From positions 25,243-89,242 of IMG/VR virus record IMGVR_UViG_3300045988_109200: a stretch of DNA of 64,000 nucleotides. One strand, 5' to 3'. The stretch comes from a virus. The notes beneath the pieces were generated by a model. That model was not told where the DNA came from. It saw only the letters and a list, made by a program, of their open reading frames with translations, and did no database searches. Positions 1 through 9,901 of this stretch are shown here, in pieces; the first letter of the stretch is position 1, and every line of letters begins with the position of its first letter. A program made the position numbers and the translations under genes.

Positions 1-57
1 ATCGATTGTTATAAATCGAATTGTAAGAAGGCATTTTACGAAGATTGAGGTGATAAC

Positions 58-291
58 ATGACTGAAAAAGACAAGCGTGTTTTAAAATATGCGATCGATA
101 ACTTGATTGCAAGAGAAAATAATTTGTGCGAAGGATTTTGTAAAAACAATCCCACACACAGAGCGGAACGTGAGCGTGATAGGGATTTTATTATCATTGG
201 TATTCGTAATGTTTTGTGTGAAGTTGAACGCCTTGAAGAACAAGAGAAAAAGATGCTGGAGAAAGCCAAACATGAAGTGGTTCGGTTTTGA
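58..291 (+). CDS. hypothetical protein (77 aa)
   Basis: ORF track; SD-like tgaggtgata upstream of ATG. Confidence 0.5.
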   Translation: MTEKDKRVLKYAIDNLIARENNLCEGFCKNNPTHRAERERDRDFIIIGIRNVLCEVERLEEQEKKMLEKAKHEVVRF

Positions 292-305
292 TTGAGGTGA
301 TAGAA

Positions 306-452
306 ATGGATACTAACATAAACCATCTTAACAGTAGAAAAGAATACATGGAGCTTGTTTATCACAATTCTAGTCCGTTTGATTTTTGGGAAGAAGTGCG
401 AAAATTTCACAAGGAACGTGAGCAGGAGGAAAAAGAACATGACCAACATTGA
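306..452 (+). CDS. hypothetical small protein (48 aa)
   Basis: ATG with same ttgaggtgata SD context as the 58..291 gene; below ORF-track size cutoff. Confidence 0.3.
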   Translation: MDTNINHLNSRKEYMELVYHNSSPFDFWEEVRKFHKEREQEEKEHDQH

Positions 453-624
453 AAAGAATATTATTCTCGCAGCTCTTTCTTCTTATCGGCGCAAGCTGAT
501 GGATCAGAGTGTTTCATTCCTTAGAGCTGGCAATCACGAAGATGCAAAGCAGTCAACGATGGAAGCGGCTAACGTGAATGCGTTGGTGATTAAATTTACA
601 AAAGAAAAGGAGCTTGCAATATGA
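439..624 (+). CDS. hypothetical protein (61 aa)
   Basis: ORF track; internal ATG 439 with gaggaaaaagaac upstream. Confidence 0.4.
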   Translation: MTNIEKNIILAALSSYRRKLMDQSVSFLRAGNHEDAKQSTMEAANVNALVIKFTKEKELAI

Positions 625-908
625 GAAACCTGTCTAAGCAGAACCGTAAGAAAATTTTTGATTTGATCAAACGCGATTGCACATTTGTTGGCTCTTACGA
701 TTTGGAACATTCTGAAGAAAGTGTTTTGACTTATCTCCCGAAGCCCGGCACACAGATTCACAAAGATGTTGAAGAGGTTCGTGTCATAAAGAACCGCAAG
801 ACTGGAAACTGGGTTGAATCCGTTGTTGATGTGCGTTGGTATTACGGTATGACTTGCGCTGATGCAGAGATGATTGAACGCAAATATCAGTGCAAATCTA
901 ACAAGTGA
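621..908 (+). CDS. hypothetical protein (95 aa)
   Basis: ORF track; stop-start overlap with neighbours. Confidence 0.5.
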   Translation: MRNLSKQNRKKIFDLIKRDCTFVGSYDLEHSEESVLTYLPKPGTQIHKDVEEVRVIKNRKTGNWVESVVDVRWYYGMTCADAEMIERKYQCKSNK

Positions 909-1240
909 GGGTGTGGAATATGAATAGCGAAAATAAGATTGTTGTGATCAGTTGGAATGGGAAGTCTTGGGAAATGACACCTGAACAGATTGAGGCGGCA
1001 TACCGCTACAAGGAACGTCAGTATCGCATTGATGATGCTTATAATCAGCTCGAACTTAATGCAGACTGGATTGAAGAAAAATATGGCTATTCATACAATG
1101 AAATTATTGAGTTTTCGGAAGAGTTAGCTGAACGATTTCAGGATGATTTTGATTGCAATGAATCAGAAAATGACGCATGGATTGACCGTATCACAGAAAT
1201 GTTTAACGCATATGGCAGAAAGGAAAATAACAATGACTGA
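905..1240 (+). CDS. hypothetical acidic protein (111 aa)
   Basis: ORF track; co-directional tight packing. Confidence 0.5.
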   Translation: MRVWNMNSENKIVVISWNGKSWEMTPEQIEAAYRYKERQYRIDDAYNQLELNADWIEEKYGYSYNEIIEFSEELAERFQDDFDCNESENDAWIDRITEMFNAYGRKENNND

Positions 1241-1469
1241 TCCTTGCCGTTATTGCGTGGCACCGGAGCGTTATCCTGGTTGCCACGACCATTGTGAGAA
1301 ACTGAAAGCCCATCGTGAAAGTGACGAGTATAAGAAGCTGTGCGAATATAAGAATACATACCTAAAAAGCCATTCGACAGCAAGCTCTTCTCAGATTAAC
1401 AAAGCGATGCGGTATTTCAAATATAAAGGTTATAGCCTTTATGGATTTAAGAATGTTGGGAGTGTTTGA
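1233..1469 (+). CDS. small Cys/His-rich protein (78 aa)
   Basis: internal ATG 1233 after ggaaaataac; CRYC...GCHDHC cluster. Confidence 0.45.
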   Translation: MTDPCRYCVAPERYPGCHDHCEKLKAHRESDEYKKLCEYKNTYLKSHSTASSSQINKAMRYFKYKGYSLYGFKNVGSV

Positions 1470-1470
1470 T

Positions 1471-1638
1471 ATGAGAGAAAGATACGATGAAATATTAGAG
1501 GGCTATACCATACTTGAAGATGAATTAAAAGAAGAATCGGAATTTGATCGGTTGATGGAGAGTTCGTATCAAAAGTGGCTTGATACACTTGATGAAAGAG
1601 TAAGCGATTCATTAAGAATAATGGATATGGAGGTTTAA
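1471..1638 (+). CDS. hypothetical protein (55 aa)
   Basis: ORF track; start trimmed to ATG 1471. Confidence 0.35.
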   Translation: MRERYDEILEGYTILEDELKEESEFDRLMESSYQKWLDTLDERVSDSLRIMDMEV

Positions 1639-1643
1639 TAAAA

Positions 1644-2156
1644 ATGAGAGAATTTGAAGGTTTTATTTTTCCTAACGGAAGAATTGTAGCGATTCCTGAA
1701 GAGGAATATATGGCAGCTATCGAAGCAGGTAAAGAAATTCTTGTGTTCTGTGGTGGATGGGCTGGTGGATACGCTAGAGCGTTTGGAGCAGATAAGGAAC
1801 AGGATATTTATGAGCCTGATAAAACGTGTTACATGGTCTATTCGTATGATGTCATGGATAAGACCTTTACGCCAGAAGATATGAAGCGGTTCGCTAAAGT
1901 GATTGTCACAGATGGTATCCGTGTGTACATGAAAACAGGTGAGTCGGCCAGTGATTATTATTCTGGAACCTTCTGTGACTGTGGTACGAAAGACCGGCTC
2001 GAAGAACATTACCCTGACACTTGTAGTAACGATATTGAACAATACGATTTCAGTGATTGTCAGACAGTTGATTTTGATATGACGGTTCGTATGCTAGGTG
2101 CCGATGATAAAGATTACGAAGGTATGGTAAAGATGCTCAAGGGGATTTTGAGGTGA
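1644..2156 (+). CDS. hypothetical protein (170 aa)
   Basis: ORF track. Confidence 0.5.
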   Translation: MREFEGFIFPNGRIVAIPEEEYMAAIEAGKEILVFCGGWAGGYARAFGADKEQDIYEPDKTCYMVYSYDVMDKTFTPEDMKRFAKVIVTDGIRVYMKTGESASDYYSGTFCDCGTKDRLEEHYPDTCSNDIEQYDFSDCQTVDFDMTVRMLGADDKDYEGMVKMLKGILR

Positions 2157-2160
2157 TAAA

Positions 2161-2394
2161 ATGTGGGTTTTAGCTAAATGCCAATATTCAGATGATAACA
2201 AGATTGGATATGCTGTGTTTTACGATATTGATAAGCTTGGGTGTGTAACACTTATGTTCAAAATATATGAAGATACAAATTCTATTGAGTTCTTTTATTG
2301 TCTATTAGAAGTGAGCACTCGGCTAGAAAAGAAAACGTGTGAGAATATCTTAAAAGCCTATTTGAAAGAGAAAGGGATTTTTGTAGAGGATTAA
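2161..2394 (+). CDS. hypothetical protein (77 aa)
   Basis: ORF track. Confidence 0.45.
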   Translation: MWVLAKCQYSDDNKIGYAVFYDIDKLGCVTLMFKIYEDTNSIEFFYCLLEVSTRLEKKTCENILKAYLKEKGIFVED

Positions 2395-2396
2395 CC

Positions 2397-2618
2397 ATGT
2401 GGGATTTAGTTGAAAATGAATATTCTAAAAAATATGGAATTGGGTGCGCAACCTTTTTTCGTGACAAACAATTAAAAACAGCAATGGTTATGTATAAATA
2501 TAATGGCCGTAGCGTTATGTTTTGCTATTCCGAGTACGATAATAAGATTCTATCTGACGGTGATAAAGACGAAATTGAGACGACAATCAAAAAGAAACTC
2601 AACTTTTGGAAGGATTAA
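2397..2618 (+). CDS. MWDL-start paralog 1 (73 aa)
   Basis: ORF track; conserved GGAGGATTAACyATGTGGGAT start context shared with two downstream genes. Confidence 0.45.
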   Translation: MWDLVENEYSKKYGIGCATFFRDKQLKTAMVMYKYNGRSVMFCYSEYDNKILSDGDKDEIETTIKKKLNFWKD

Positions 2619-2620
2619 CT

Positions 2621-2803
2621 ATGTGGGATTTAATTAAAGATGAATACTCTGAAGAATATAAAATCGGAAGAGCAAAATTCAAGAACAAACAGGTCATTAC
2701 TTCACAATCATGTATATGGTATTTAGTTTTTATATTTCTTTTTATTATCCAGAGTATTCTTTCTTTTTTGTTCTTCCTACCGCAAAAGATAAAGAAGAAA
2801 TGA
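2621..2803 (+). CDS. MWDL-start paralog 2, probably degenerate (60 aa)
   Basis: first about 25 aa resemble paralog 1, then AT-rich low-complexity tail. Confidence 0.3.
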   Translation: MWDLIKDEYSEEYKIGRAKFKNKQVITSQSCIWYLVFIFLFIIQSILSFLFFLPQKIKKK

Positions 2804-2849
2804 AAGAAATTATTATTTTAAGACATTCTAAAACTTTGGAGGATTAACT

Positions 2850-3098
2850 ATGTGGGATCTGAGGGAAGTCCACGCTTGTTTTGATGGTGAAAGTTGGGTT
2901 TGGAACGGATCTTTCCATCACAAGGATGTATTTGTAGATGAGAACGAAAACCCGAGAGAAATCTTCTGGAAAGAATGTCAGATGTTCTTTCTTCAAGATT
3001 ATCTTAACAAGTGCGAAATTGTGGATGACGGCGATATTCTAGAGCTTCAGTTGAAGGATTCTGGCGAGCCGGTTCTTGCTATGATTATGGAAGAGTAA
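2850..3098 (+). CDS. MWDL-start paralog 3 (82 aa)
   Basis: same conserved SD/start context. Confidence 0.45.
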   Translation: MWDLREVHACFDGESWVWNGSFHHKDVFVDENENPREIFWKECQMFFLQDYLNKCEIVDDGDILELQLKDSGEPVLAMIMEE

Positions 3099-3111
3099 AG
3101 GAGAATGAATT

Positions 3112-3429
3112 ATGAAAATCGAATCTAAGTATGAAGATATTCTGGAATCTCTTGAATGGGGGATTGTTGGAGAAGATTTAAAAACGATTGATATTGAAAG
3201 TTGGTCTCCGGCTGGTGAGAATATTATTCTCACATTAAACACAAATGACATTCCCGGCAGCGCGATGAGCGAATATGAGAATTTCGATGTCGATGATCAC
3301 GCAGCTGAACTAATTGCAAATCGTGGTGAGAATGGTATCCCAGATTCTGTTTGGGTAATTGCTGAAGACGCATATAAGATTCGAGATATGCTTAAAGAAT
3401 TGGCATACGCACTTTTATCTGCTGAGTAA
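3112..3429 (+). CDS. hypothetical acidic protein (105 aa)
   Basis: ORF track; ggagaatgaattATG. Confidence 0.5.
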   Translation: MKIESKYEDILESLEWGIVGEDLKTIDIESWSPAGENIILTLNTNDIPGSAMSEYENFDVDDHAAELIANRGENGIPDSVWVIAEDAYKIRDMLKELAYALLSAE

Positions 3430-3442
3430 AGGAAAATGAGTT

Positions 3443-3715
3443 ATGACGCGGTTTTATCTTAATGCGGGTGCTCTTGACCGTTGGATGCACCAGAATAAAG
3501 CACAATACACTGGTGCTTATGTTGAAGGTGTTTTAGTCGATAGCTTTGTTGTTGAAACAAAGCGTGGTGTTGCAGCCATCTATGAACACGCTCTGAATGA
3601 GTGGACAAGCAACTATTATGTTGAGTTCACCGATTATAAGAACGGTTTTAAGAATGGCGAAGTCGATAAGATTTGGTCTGATTGGTACGCTTTTGAAGAA
3701 AAGGCTAGTGCATAA
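3443..3715 (+). CDS. hypothetical protein (90 aa)
   Basis: ORF track. Confidence 0.5.
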   Translation: MTRFYLNAGALDRWMHQNKAQYTGAYVEGVLVDSFVVETKRGVAAIYEHALNEWTSNYYVEFTDYKNGFKNGEVDKIWSDWYAFEEKASA

Positions 3716-3722
3716 GAGGTAA

Positions 3723-3917
3723 ATGGATATGAATTTACTTACGTTTCTTTCTTTGATCACTGATGGTACAAGCGTAGCTCTTTGGGATGACTACAATGAG
3801 CAAAAAATCAAGGATTATTGTAAGCGAGACCAGATTTCAATTTCAGAAGCCAGTCGATACGAAGTATCGTTTTTTACGGCAGATGAAGAAAGTATGATTA
3901 CGATTTTTGTGCATTAA
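3723..3917 (+). CDS. hypothetical protein (64 aa)
   Basis: ORF track. Confidence 0.4.
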   Translation: MDMNLLTFLSLITDGTSVALWDDYNEQKIKDYCKRDQISISEASRYEVSFFTADEESMITIFVH

Positions 3918-3945
3918 AAAGATTGATAAAAGGGAGATTTTAGAT

Positions 3946-4791
3946 ATGGAAAAACTGTATTGCTACGATAATGAAATCATAAAATGGACTTACGGCGATA
4001 ACCTGTATTGCTTGCATATTCAGCACGACGACGTTGCAGACAATAACCCTCGTTGGTGGGACGACCACGATTCCGTGATGGCTTGTTTCCATCCTCGTTA
4101 CCGTCTTGGTGATAAGGTCGATGCAAGCACACCGGAAGAGTTTTGGAACAATCTTGTTTACGAGATGTGCGAGCCAGAAGAAATTATCAATGCACTTATT
4201 AACAAGAAAACCATTGATGTAATTGCAGAAAAGAGTATTCGTGATGATACATACTATCTTTCTGTTCTTACTGATGATGGAGAATATACTCATTTTTGTC
4301 AGGGTTTGAAGGAGAATGAAATCCCAGTATATGCTGAGGGAGAATTATCCATTAAGGATTGTCAAATTCTTCTTGATACGTATATCGTATGGCTTCCACT
4401 CTGGTTACATGACCACTCTAGCCTATCTATGGATTGTGATACACGATTCAGAGGTTCGTGGGACGATAGCAATGTTGGTTGGATTGTTACAAAAGTTCCT
4501 AGCGGTTCTGATGTTTACAAAACAGAAGCGGAACGAATCATGCGTGATGAGGTTAAGACCTATAGTGATTATCTTTCCGGTGAGAATTACGGCTATACGC
4601 TTTACAAAGAGGAACACGGAGAGTGGAAAGAAATTGATAGAGCATTCGGATTTATCGGTTCCGATGTGCTTGAAAATGGTATCACATACAGCGCTGGTTG
4701 TGGCCTTGAAAAGGCATTAAAGGAAGATCGGTGCCGTATCGGTGATGCAGAGAAGGTTGTAACCATTACTTACAATTTTGATAAATGTTGA
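3946..4791 (+). CDS. hypothetical protein (281 aa)
   Basis: ORF track; start moved to ATG 3946 after aaagggag. Confidence 0.55.
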   Translation: MEKLYCYDNEIIKWTYGDNLYCLHIQHDDVADNNPRWWDDHDSVMACFHPRYRLGDKVDASTPEEFWNNLVYEMCEPEEIINALINKKTIDVIAEKSIRDDTYYLSVLTDDGEYTHFCQGLKENEIPVYAEGELSIKDCQILLDTYIVWLPLWLHDHSSLSMDCDTRFRGSWDDSNVGWIVTKVPSGSDVYKTEAERIMRDEVKTYSDYLSGENYGYTLYKEEHGEWKEIDRAFGFIGSDVLENGITYSAGCGLEKALKEDRCRIGDAEKVVTITYNFDKC

Positions 4792-4809
4792 ATTTTAGGA
4801 GGAAATACA

Positions 4810-5304
4810 ATGGATGATAATACGATGGAACGTCAGATTGCTGATTATATGGTGAAACATGGTACTGAAAATACGGATTATGGCACATGGGTGTTTGAGG
4901 TCGATGAACTGGCGAAAAAGTTCAATATTACAGAGAAATGGATTCAGGAACATGAAGACGGTATTATGTCTGAGCTGTATCTCAGAGAAGAAGTAGCTGA
5001 CGTTGAACGTGAATTAAGCGGCAATGATATGACTATCACGCTTTTTGATGTGGATTTCTACACCGACTATTGCCCTAACTACATTGAAGACGAACAGGAA
5101 AAAGATGATGGTGTAGATCAATATTGGTTTGCACCAACGTGTTGGTGTACTGATGATGTTATCGATGCAGCAAAACGGAACGGGATTGTGTTGACTCCGC
5201 AACAGGCTGAACAGTGGTGGCAGAAGAACGAAAAGTGGTTCAAGGATACTCTTACTGAATGCGGTAATGAGATTCTTTTCAATGCGAATTTTAGTGAGGT
5301 GTAA
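4810..5304 (+). CDS. hypothetical protein (164 aa)
   Basis: ORF track; aggaggaaatacaATG. Confidence 0.5.
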   Translation: MDDNTMERQIADYMVKHGTENTDYGTWVFEVDELAKKFNITEKWIQEHEDGIMSELYLREEVADVERELSGNDMTITLFDVDFYTDYCPNYIEDEQEKDDGVDQYWFAPTCWCTDDVIDAAKRNGIVLTPQQAEQWWQKNEKWFKDTLTECGNEILFNANFSEV

Positions 5305-5319
5305 AAGGAGAGTTTTATT

Positions 5320-5505
5320 ATGAAATATGACACTCAAGCGATGGCCGAGGTCCTTTGTAAAACAGCAGGCGTTGAATATAGCTCTGATTTGGAAAAATTG
5401 CTGTACCATTTAGATGTTCAAGCACAAAATCCTTACAATGCAGATTTTCGGCGTACAGGTTTGGCTATCATTGCAAAAGTGTGTGAGGAGTTGGAAAAAC
5501 GATAA
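5320..5505 (+). CDS. hypothetical protein (61 aa)
   Basis: ORF track. Confidence 0.4.
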   Translation: MKYDTQAMAEVLCKTAGVEYSSDLEKLLYHLDVQAQNPYNADFRRTGLAIIAKVCEELEKR

Positions 5506-5699
5506 TGTATTACCATCTTGAATACTCTGTCAGACACTTTATGTGCGGCGATACATATAGAGGGCATGAAATCTATCCTACAAAAGAGCTGCGTGATGCA
5601 GAGCTTGACTGGATGAAAACGTGTTACAGCAAGCCGACAGAGCTTGTCTATACAACGTATGAAACAGAAACACTTAATGAAGATAAGATAATAATATAA
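5505..5699 (+). CDS. hypothetical protein (64 aa)
   Basis: ORF track. Confidence 0.4.
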   Translation: MYYHLEYSVRHFMCGDTYRGHEIYPTKELRDAELDWMKTCYSKPTELVYTTYETETLNEDKIII

Positions 5700-5723
5700 T
5701 GAGGAATTAAGGGAGTGAGAGTT

Positions 5724-5918
5724 ATGATTATCCAGAATTGCGGATGGGATCATTCAGTGGGCGAAGTTAAGGAAGCTCTTGATACACTTTCATATTGGTT
5801 AAGAGAAGGTGTGACAGTTGGGATTTTTAATGAAGAAACCAACAAATGTGAGTTACTAAAACCTTTTGATTCAGAAAAAGCTTTTATTTTGGGGGTATTA
5901 ACTTATGACGGCACGTGA
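5724..5918 (+). CDS. hypothetical protein (64 aa)
   Basis: ORF track; ATG 5724 after gggagtgagagtt. Confidence 0.4.
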   Translation: MIIQNCGWDHSVGEVKEALDTLSYWLREGVTVGIFNEETNKCELLKPFDSEKAFILGVLTYDGT

Positions 5919-6198
5919 GATTGCAGAAGATTTTATTTCTAAGATGAATCCATCTAGATGGGCTGGTGTTGGTCAAAAGCCTGATAATTTTGACACTAGA
6001 ATTAAAACATACACCATTGATGGTTTTTATGAATATGAGCTTGATGTTTCATATGATGAAGATGAGCTTGGTTACGTTGTTATGCTTGAAATAAGATGGG
6101 CAGACGATGGAGAGTTAATTTACGTTCTTGACACTCAAAGGGTTAATTCTGAAGATGCAATCGAATACTCAATAAATTCTCTTATTGATAATCTTTAA
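5905..6198 (+). CDS. hypothetical protein (97 aa)
   Basis: ORF track. Confidence 0.45.
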   Translation: MTAREIAEDFISKMNPSRWAGVGQKPDNFDTRIKTYTIDGFYEYELDVSYDEDELGYVVMLEIRWADDGELIYVLDTQRVNSEDAIEYSINSLIDNL

Positions 6199-6223
6199 TA
6201 GAATAATATAAAGGAGAATGAAT

Positions 6224-6397
6224 ATGACAAAATTTGAGAAACAGACGGTTATTAACGCATTGCATTTTTATAGCGAATATTGTTGCAACCACAGTGAAAA
6301 ATCTGCGAATATGATAGCACAGAAATGTACGGCTGAAGGATTGCTTTATATGTTTCAATCTATTCTGGATGAAAAGGCAGGAAGTGTAAAAATCTAA
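6224..6397 (+). CDS. hypothetical small protein (57 aa)
   Basis: ATG after aaggagaatgaat; below ORF-track cutoff. Confidence 0.35.
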   Translation: MTKFEKQTVINALHFYSEYCCNHSEKSANMIAQKCTAEGLLYMFQSILDEKAGSVKI

Positions 6398-6417
6398 ATA
6401 GAATCGAGGTTTTAAAA

Positions 6418-6663
6418 ATGTGGACTTTTAATAGGATTTATCTTCGGGAAAGTTGTATTTTGCTTGTTGAGGAGGACGGAGAAAAGAGTGCAATCACAAC
6501 AAGTGCATATGACTTAATAAGAATGTACAATAACGGCGAGAGTGAATGTCCTAGTGATAACGCAAAGGTTATTTATTGCTCGATTTTTAATGTAAAAATG
6601 AAATGTAAAACGTTCAAAGAACTTATGGATATGCTTGAGAAAATTGTAGCTGATTGTTGTTGA
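6418..6663 (+). CDS. hypothetical protein (81 aa)
   Basis: ORF track. Confidence 0.45.
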   Translation: MWTFNRIYLRESCILLVEEDGEKSAITTSAYDLIRMYNNGESECPSDNAKVIYCSIFNVKMKCKTFKELMDMLEKIVADCC

Positions 6664-6673
6664 GGTTTTAGAT

Positions 6674-6907
6674 ATGAAAAATAAAGCAGTGGTTGTTGTT
6701 TATGACGATACGATGTGTAATGGTCCTTACCGTGTAGAGCACAAAACAATGGAAGATGCAGTAGAGTCTGTTAATAATGATTTTGAAAGTCTGATGAAAG
6801 AACTGCGAGATGAAGGCTATGAACCTGAATGGATTCGTGACGGTCATCATATGCTTGAGGTTTATGTTCCGAATACGTCTATTAACGCATGGTGGGATTT
6901 TGAGTAA
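6674..6907 (+). CDS. hypothetical protein (77 aa)
   Basis: ORF track. Confidence 0.45.
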   Translation: MKNKAVVVVYDDTMCNGPYRVEHKTMEDAVESVNNDFESLMKELRDEGYEPEWIRDGHHMLEVYVPNTSINAWWDFE

Positions 6908-6919
6908 GGAGATTTAAAA

Positions 6920-7126
6920 ATGGATATCAACGAAATCAAAATGTTTGAGCAGAAGATGATTGATAGTGCATTTATTGATGCTGTTGATTATGATCCAAAG
7001 GTGGCTGCACAAGCTGTGGGAGCACGTAAGATGAAAATGAAGGGCGTGTGTTCTTTTAACGAATACATTAGTTATTTGCAGACAATTACAGGCAATGCAA
7101 AGTTGTTCTGGAAGTATCAGTTTTGA
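6920..7126 (+). CDS. hypothetical protein (68 aa)
   Basis: ORF track. Confidence 0.4.
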   Translation: MDINEIKMFEQKMIDSAFIDAVDYDPKVAAQAVGARKMKMKGVCSFNEYISYLQTITGNAKLFWKYQF

Positions 7127-7136
7127 GGTGACGATT

Positions 7137-7400
7137 ATGAGTGAATTTGAAAATCATGTTTTTGATGTTTGGAATCGCTTTGTAAGAAATATGCCTTGCT
7201 GTCCAGAAGATGGTTGTGATCGTTGGTGTGATGGTGAGAATATTCTATGCAAAACATATGAAGATGCACAGAAGGTCGCTGATTATATTGATGAAAAGGC
7301 TGGAGCGTCAGTATCTGCTACTGGTTTTTATGACCCAGAAGAAGATAAACGAATGGGGTGTGTAGACAAGTACACCGGTTGGTATTACGTCACGATTTGA
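7137..7400 (+). CDS. hypothetical Cys-rich protein (87 aa)
   Basis: ATG 7137 after gaggtgacgatt. Confidence 0.45.
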   Translation: MSEFENHVFDVWNRFVRNMPCCPEDGCDRWCDGENILCKTYEDAQKVADYIDEKAGASVSATGFYDPEEDKRMGCVDKYTGWYYVTI

Positions 7401-7430
7401 TAAAACAGTTCTTCTAGGAGGGAAGATAAA

Positions 7431-7676
7431 ATGAATGAAAAGCAATTTGCAATTGATACACCTATCGGAAAGATTATCGCAGAAGGCATTACAGAGCCAT
7501 ATCCTGAGATTGTGATTTACCTTAAAAGAAATGATGGCGAAACAATTAACTTGTCTAGTATCAATTACGAAAGTGGTGGTGATATTGAAAATTATCTTTG
7601 GATGGATGTGTTCAGTGATGAGTACACGAATCATAAGAGCTGGCCGTTTGAAGATTTGACCGCAGATTTTTCTTAA
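7431..7676 (+). CDS. hypothetical protein (81 aa)
   Basis: ORF track; ggagggaagataaaATG. Confidence 0.45.
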   Translation: MNEKQFAIDTPIGKIIAEGITEPYPEIVIYLKRNDGETINLSSINYESGGDIENYLWMDVFSDEYTNHKSWPFEDLTADFS

Positions 7677-7699
7677 TAAATATAAAGGAGTAAAACAAA

Positions 7700-9016
7700 A
7701 TGACTACCAACAATCCTATGACCGTAATAACCTCAAAGTCCTTTGGCGCACTGAATGTGGATGTGTACCAGAATGACAAGCACCAGTATTACATGACTCG
7801 TGAACAGATTGGTGCGGCGCTAGAGTACAATAATCCTAATAAGGCAATTCAAAACATCCATGTTAAGAATACGGATCGTCTTGACCCTCTTTCAACATTC
7901 CTCAAACTGAGGAAAGTTGAGGGCGGAATCACGAAGGAACGTGAATATATTGTTTACAGTTTGCGTGGTGTTATGGAAATCTGCCGTCTGTCACGTCAGC
8001 CGAAAGCAGATGCGTTCATGGATTTCTGCTGGGACATTATGGAATCTCTGATGCGTGGTGATTCTGTTTTGGCTACTCCTAAGATGGATGCTGCACTGAG
8101 CAAAGAATTCATTGATGTAAGACTTCACGCTCTGTTTGATAGTATGAAGGACCTTCAGAACGAACTTAATTCCACCCGTAAGGATCTCAGTGAACAGATT
8201 GAGGAGGCTCGCGCCACCAGCAATGAAGCGCTGAATGTGATTAGCAGCGTATCTCAGTGTGTCCATCAGATTAAGGACAAACAGATGGATGATGCGATTC
8301 GTTCTACTAGAAACTTCACTCCTCGTAAGGATGTGATGAGTGACTGGCGTAAGAAGATGTATGAACGTATCAATGTGATTGCCGCAATCAATGAAATGAA
8401 GGTTCAGGATGTGTTCCGTGATATTTACGAATATATGAATCGTGTCTATACCTTCGTTATTGAGGAAGAGCGCAGAAAGTATTGTGCAAGAACCGGTCGC
8501 ACTGGTCACATTCCTACGATTGATGTGGTTGAAGCAAGTACGATGTATAAGTCCATCTTTGGTGCCTTGGTTGAAGATTCGTATACTGAAGCAATCAATA
8601 AGAAGAAGGAAGAGACCGCTGATCAGAAAGCTCTGCCTGAAGCTAAGGCTGTTGAAGCAGCTCCTGAAGTGGATGTTTGTGTTGCTCCTGTGATTGATGT
8701 AGAAGCCAAGGAAGTTGAACCTGAGCCGGTTGTAGAGGAGAAGCCTAAGAAGCAGACTGAGACGGCAAAGATTCTTTTCCCTATTATGCTTCCTCTGGCA
8801 GAAAAGCTTGGTGATAAGCCGCAGTACAAGCACACTTACACTCTGATTTATGAGCGTATTGGCTATAAGAAAATGAATAATTTGTTTGTGGCTTACGAAA
8901 AGGCACACGGTAAGGCACCTCATCCGAAAACTAAGGTGTTTATCGAAAATGAAAAGAGCCTCGCGCTGTTTAAGAAGACTGTAAAGCAGCTGATGAAGGA
9001 ACAGGAGAATAAGTAA
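7700..9016 (+). CDS. Bro-N domain antirepressor-like protein (438 aa)
   Basis: N-terminus (FGALNVDVYQNDKHQYYMTREQIGAALEY...) resembles the Bro-N/antirepressor family; P/E/V-rich linker and C-terminal domain. Confidence 0.5.
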   Translation: MTTNNPMTVITSKSFGALNVDVYQNDKHQYYMTREQIGAALEYNNPNKAIQNIHVKNTDRLDPLSTFLKLRKVEGGITKEREYIVYSLRGVMEICRLSRQPKADAFMDFCWDIMESLMRGDSVLATPKMDAALSKEFIDVRLHALFDSMKDLQNELNSTRKDLSEQIEEARATSNEALNVISSVSQCVHQIKDKQMDDAIRSTRNFTPRKDVMSDWRKKMYERINVIAAINEMKVQDVFRDIYEYMNRVYTFVIEEERRKYCARTGRTGHIPTIDVVEASTMYKSIFGALVEDSYTEAINKKKEETADQKALPEAKAVEAAPEVDVCVAPVIDVEAKEVEPEPVVEEKPKKQTETAKILFPIMLPLAEKLGDKPQYKHTYTLIYERIGYKKMNNLFVAYEKAHGKAPHPKTKVFIENEKSLALFKKTVKQLMKEQENK

Positions 9017-9637
9017 ATGTATGTAATATCGAATGGTCACAACTACATTATGAAACGGAAGGGAGGTCGAATCTGCGCCACCTGTGATATCAATCTGGCA
9101 TTACAGTTTGAATCCAAGGGACTGGCGATTTGTGAAATCAACAAACTTCCCGCCGGGTATAAGAACGGGCGCTACGCACCGAAGTCTATGGATGAAGCTA
9201 CCATCGCAGGCAAGAGTCCAAATATAACGGCTCCGGCTGTAAAGCCAAATACATACGCATTTCACATGGAAGATTCTGAATGGCTGGCGGAACTTAAAAA
9301 GAATTTGGTTATCACAGATAAAACTATGTGTAATCTGAAAGAGATGTATTCAAAAGTGTACGGTGATTTGACTGCTGCAAGTGATGAGATTGATGATCTT
9401 GAGCACGCTATTGAGTTCAAAACTGTGAATGCAGCACAAGGTTATCAGCTTATGGCAGAACTCAAAAGAGCTCGCCGGAAGCGTAGAGAAGCTAAGGACG
9501 CAAAGCTTTTGCTTGAGATCGTTATGAATACAGAAACCAGAGAATGGGGAGATGGCAAGCTAGAGACTGCTATTGAGCAGCTTGGTACTCGTCAATTTAC
9601 TCCGAAGGTTCGTAATGATCTATTTGAAAAGAATTGA
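9017..9637 (+). CDS. hypothetical protein (206 aa)
   Basis: ORF track. Confidence 0.5.
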   Translation: MYVISNGHNYIMKRKGGRICATCDINLALQFESKGLAICEINKLPAGYKNGRYAPKSMDEATIAGKSPNITAPAVKPNTYAFHMEDSEWLAELKKNLVITDKTMCNLKEMYSKVYGDLTAASDEIDDLEHAIEFKTVNAAQGYQLMAELKRARRKRREAKDAKLLLEIVMNTETREWGDGKLETAIEQLGTRQFTPKVRNDLFEKN

Positions 9638-9649
9638 GGTACATAAAAA

Positions 9650-9898
9650 ATGAAGGTCTATGTTTTACACGAATGCATTGATTCCAGTGACTTTTACGCA
9701 GAAGATAATGTGATTATGGTCACAAAGGATAGAGTCAAAGCAATTGATAAAATGGTATTCCTGTTTAATGAAAGCAAGAATGACCTACAGCCTGTAAGTA
9801 ATGACGAGACATGGTGCGAAGCTGCGGAAGCATCTGTTGTTTGTAGTGGTGAAAGTTATTATCGTCACCACTGGAAGATTGATGAATTCGAGGTGTAA
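9650..9898 (+). CDS. hypothetical protein (82 aa)
   Basis: ORF track. Confidence 0.45.
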   Translation: MKVYVLHECIDSSDFYAEDNVIMVTKDRVKAIDKMVFLFNESKNDLQPVSNDETWCEAAEASVVCSGESYYRHHWKIDEFEV

Positions 9899-9901
9899 GG
9901 T

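Noticed and set aside
7991-9040. 349-aa minus-strand ORF
   Set aside because: Entirely antisense to the well-supported Bro-N gene; no SD; low-complexity translation. Treated as spurious.
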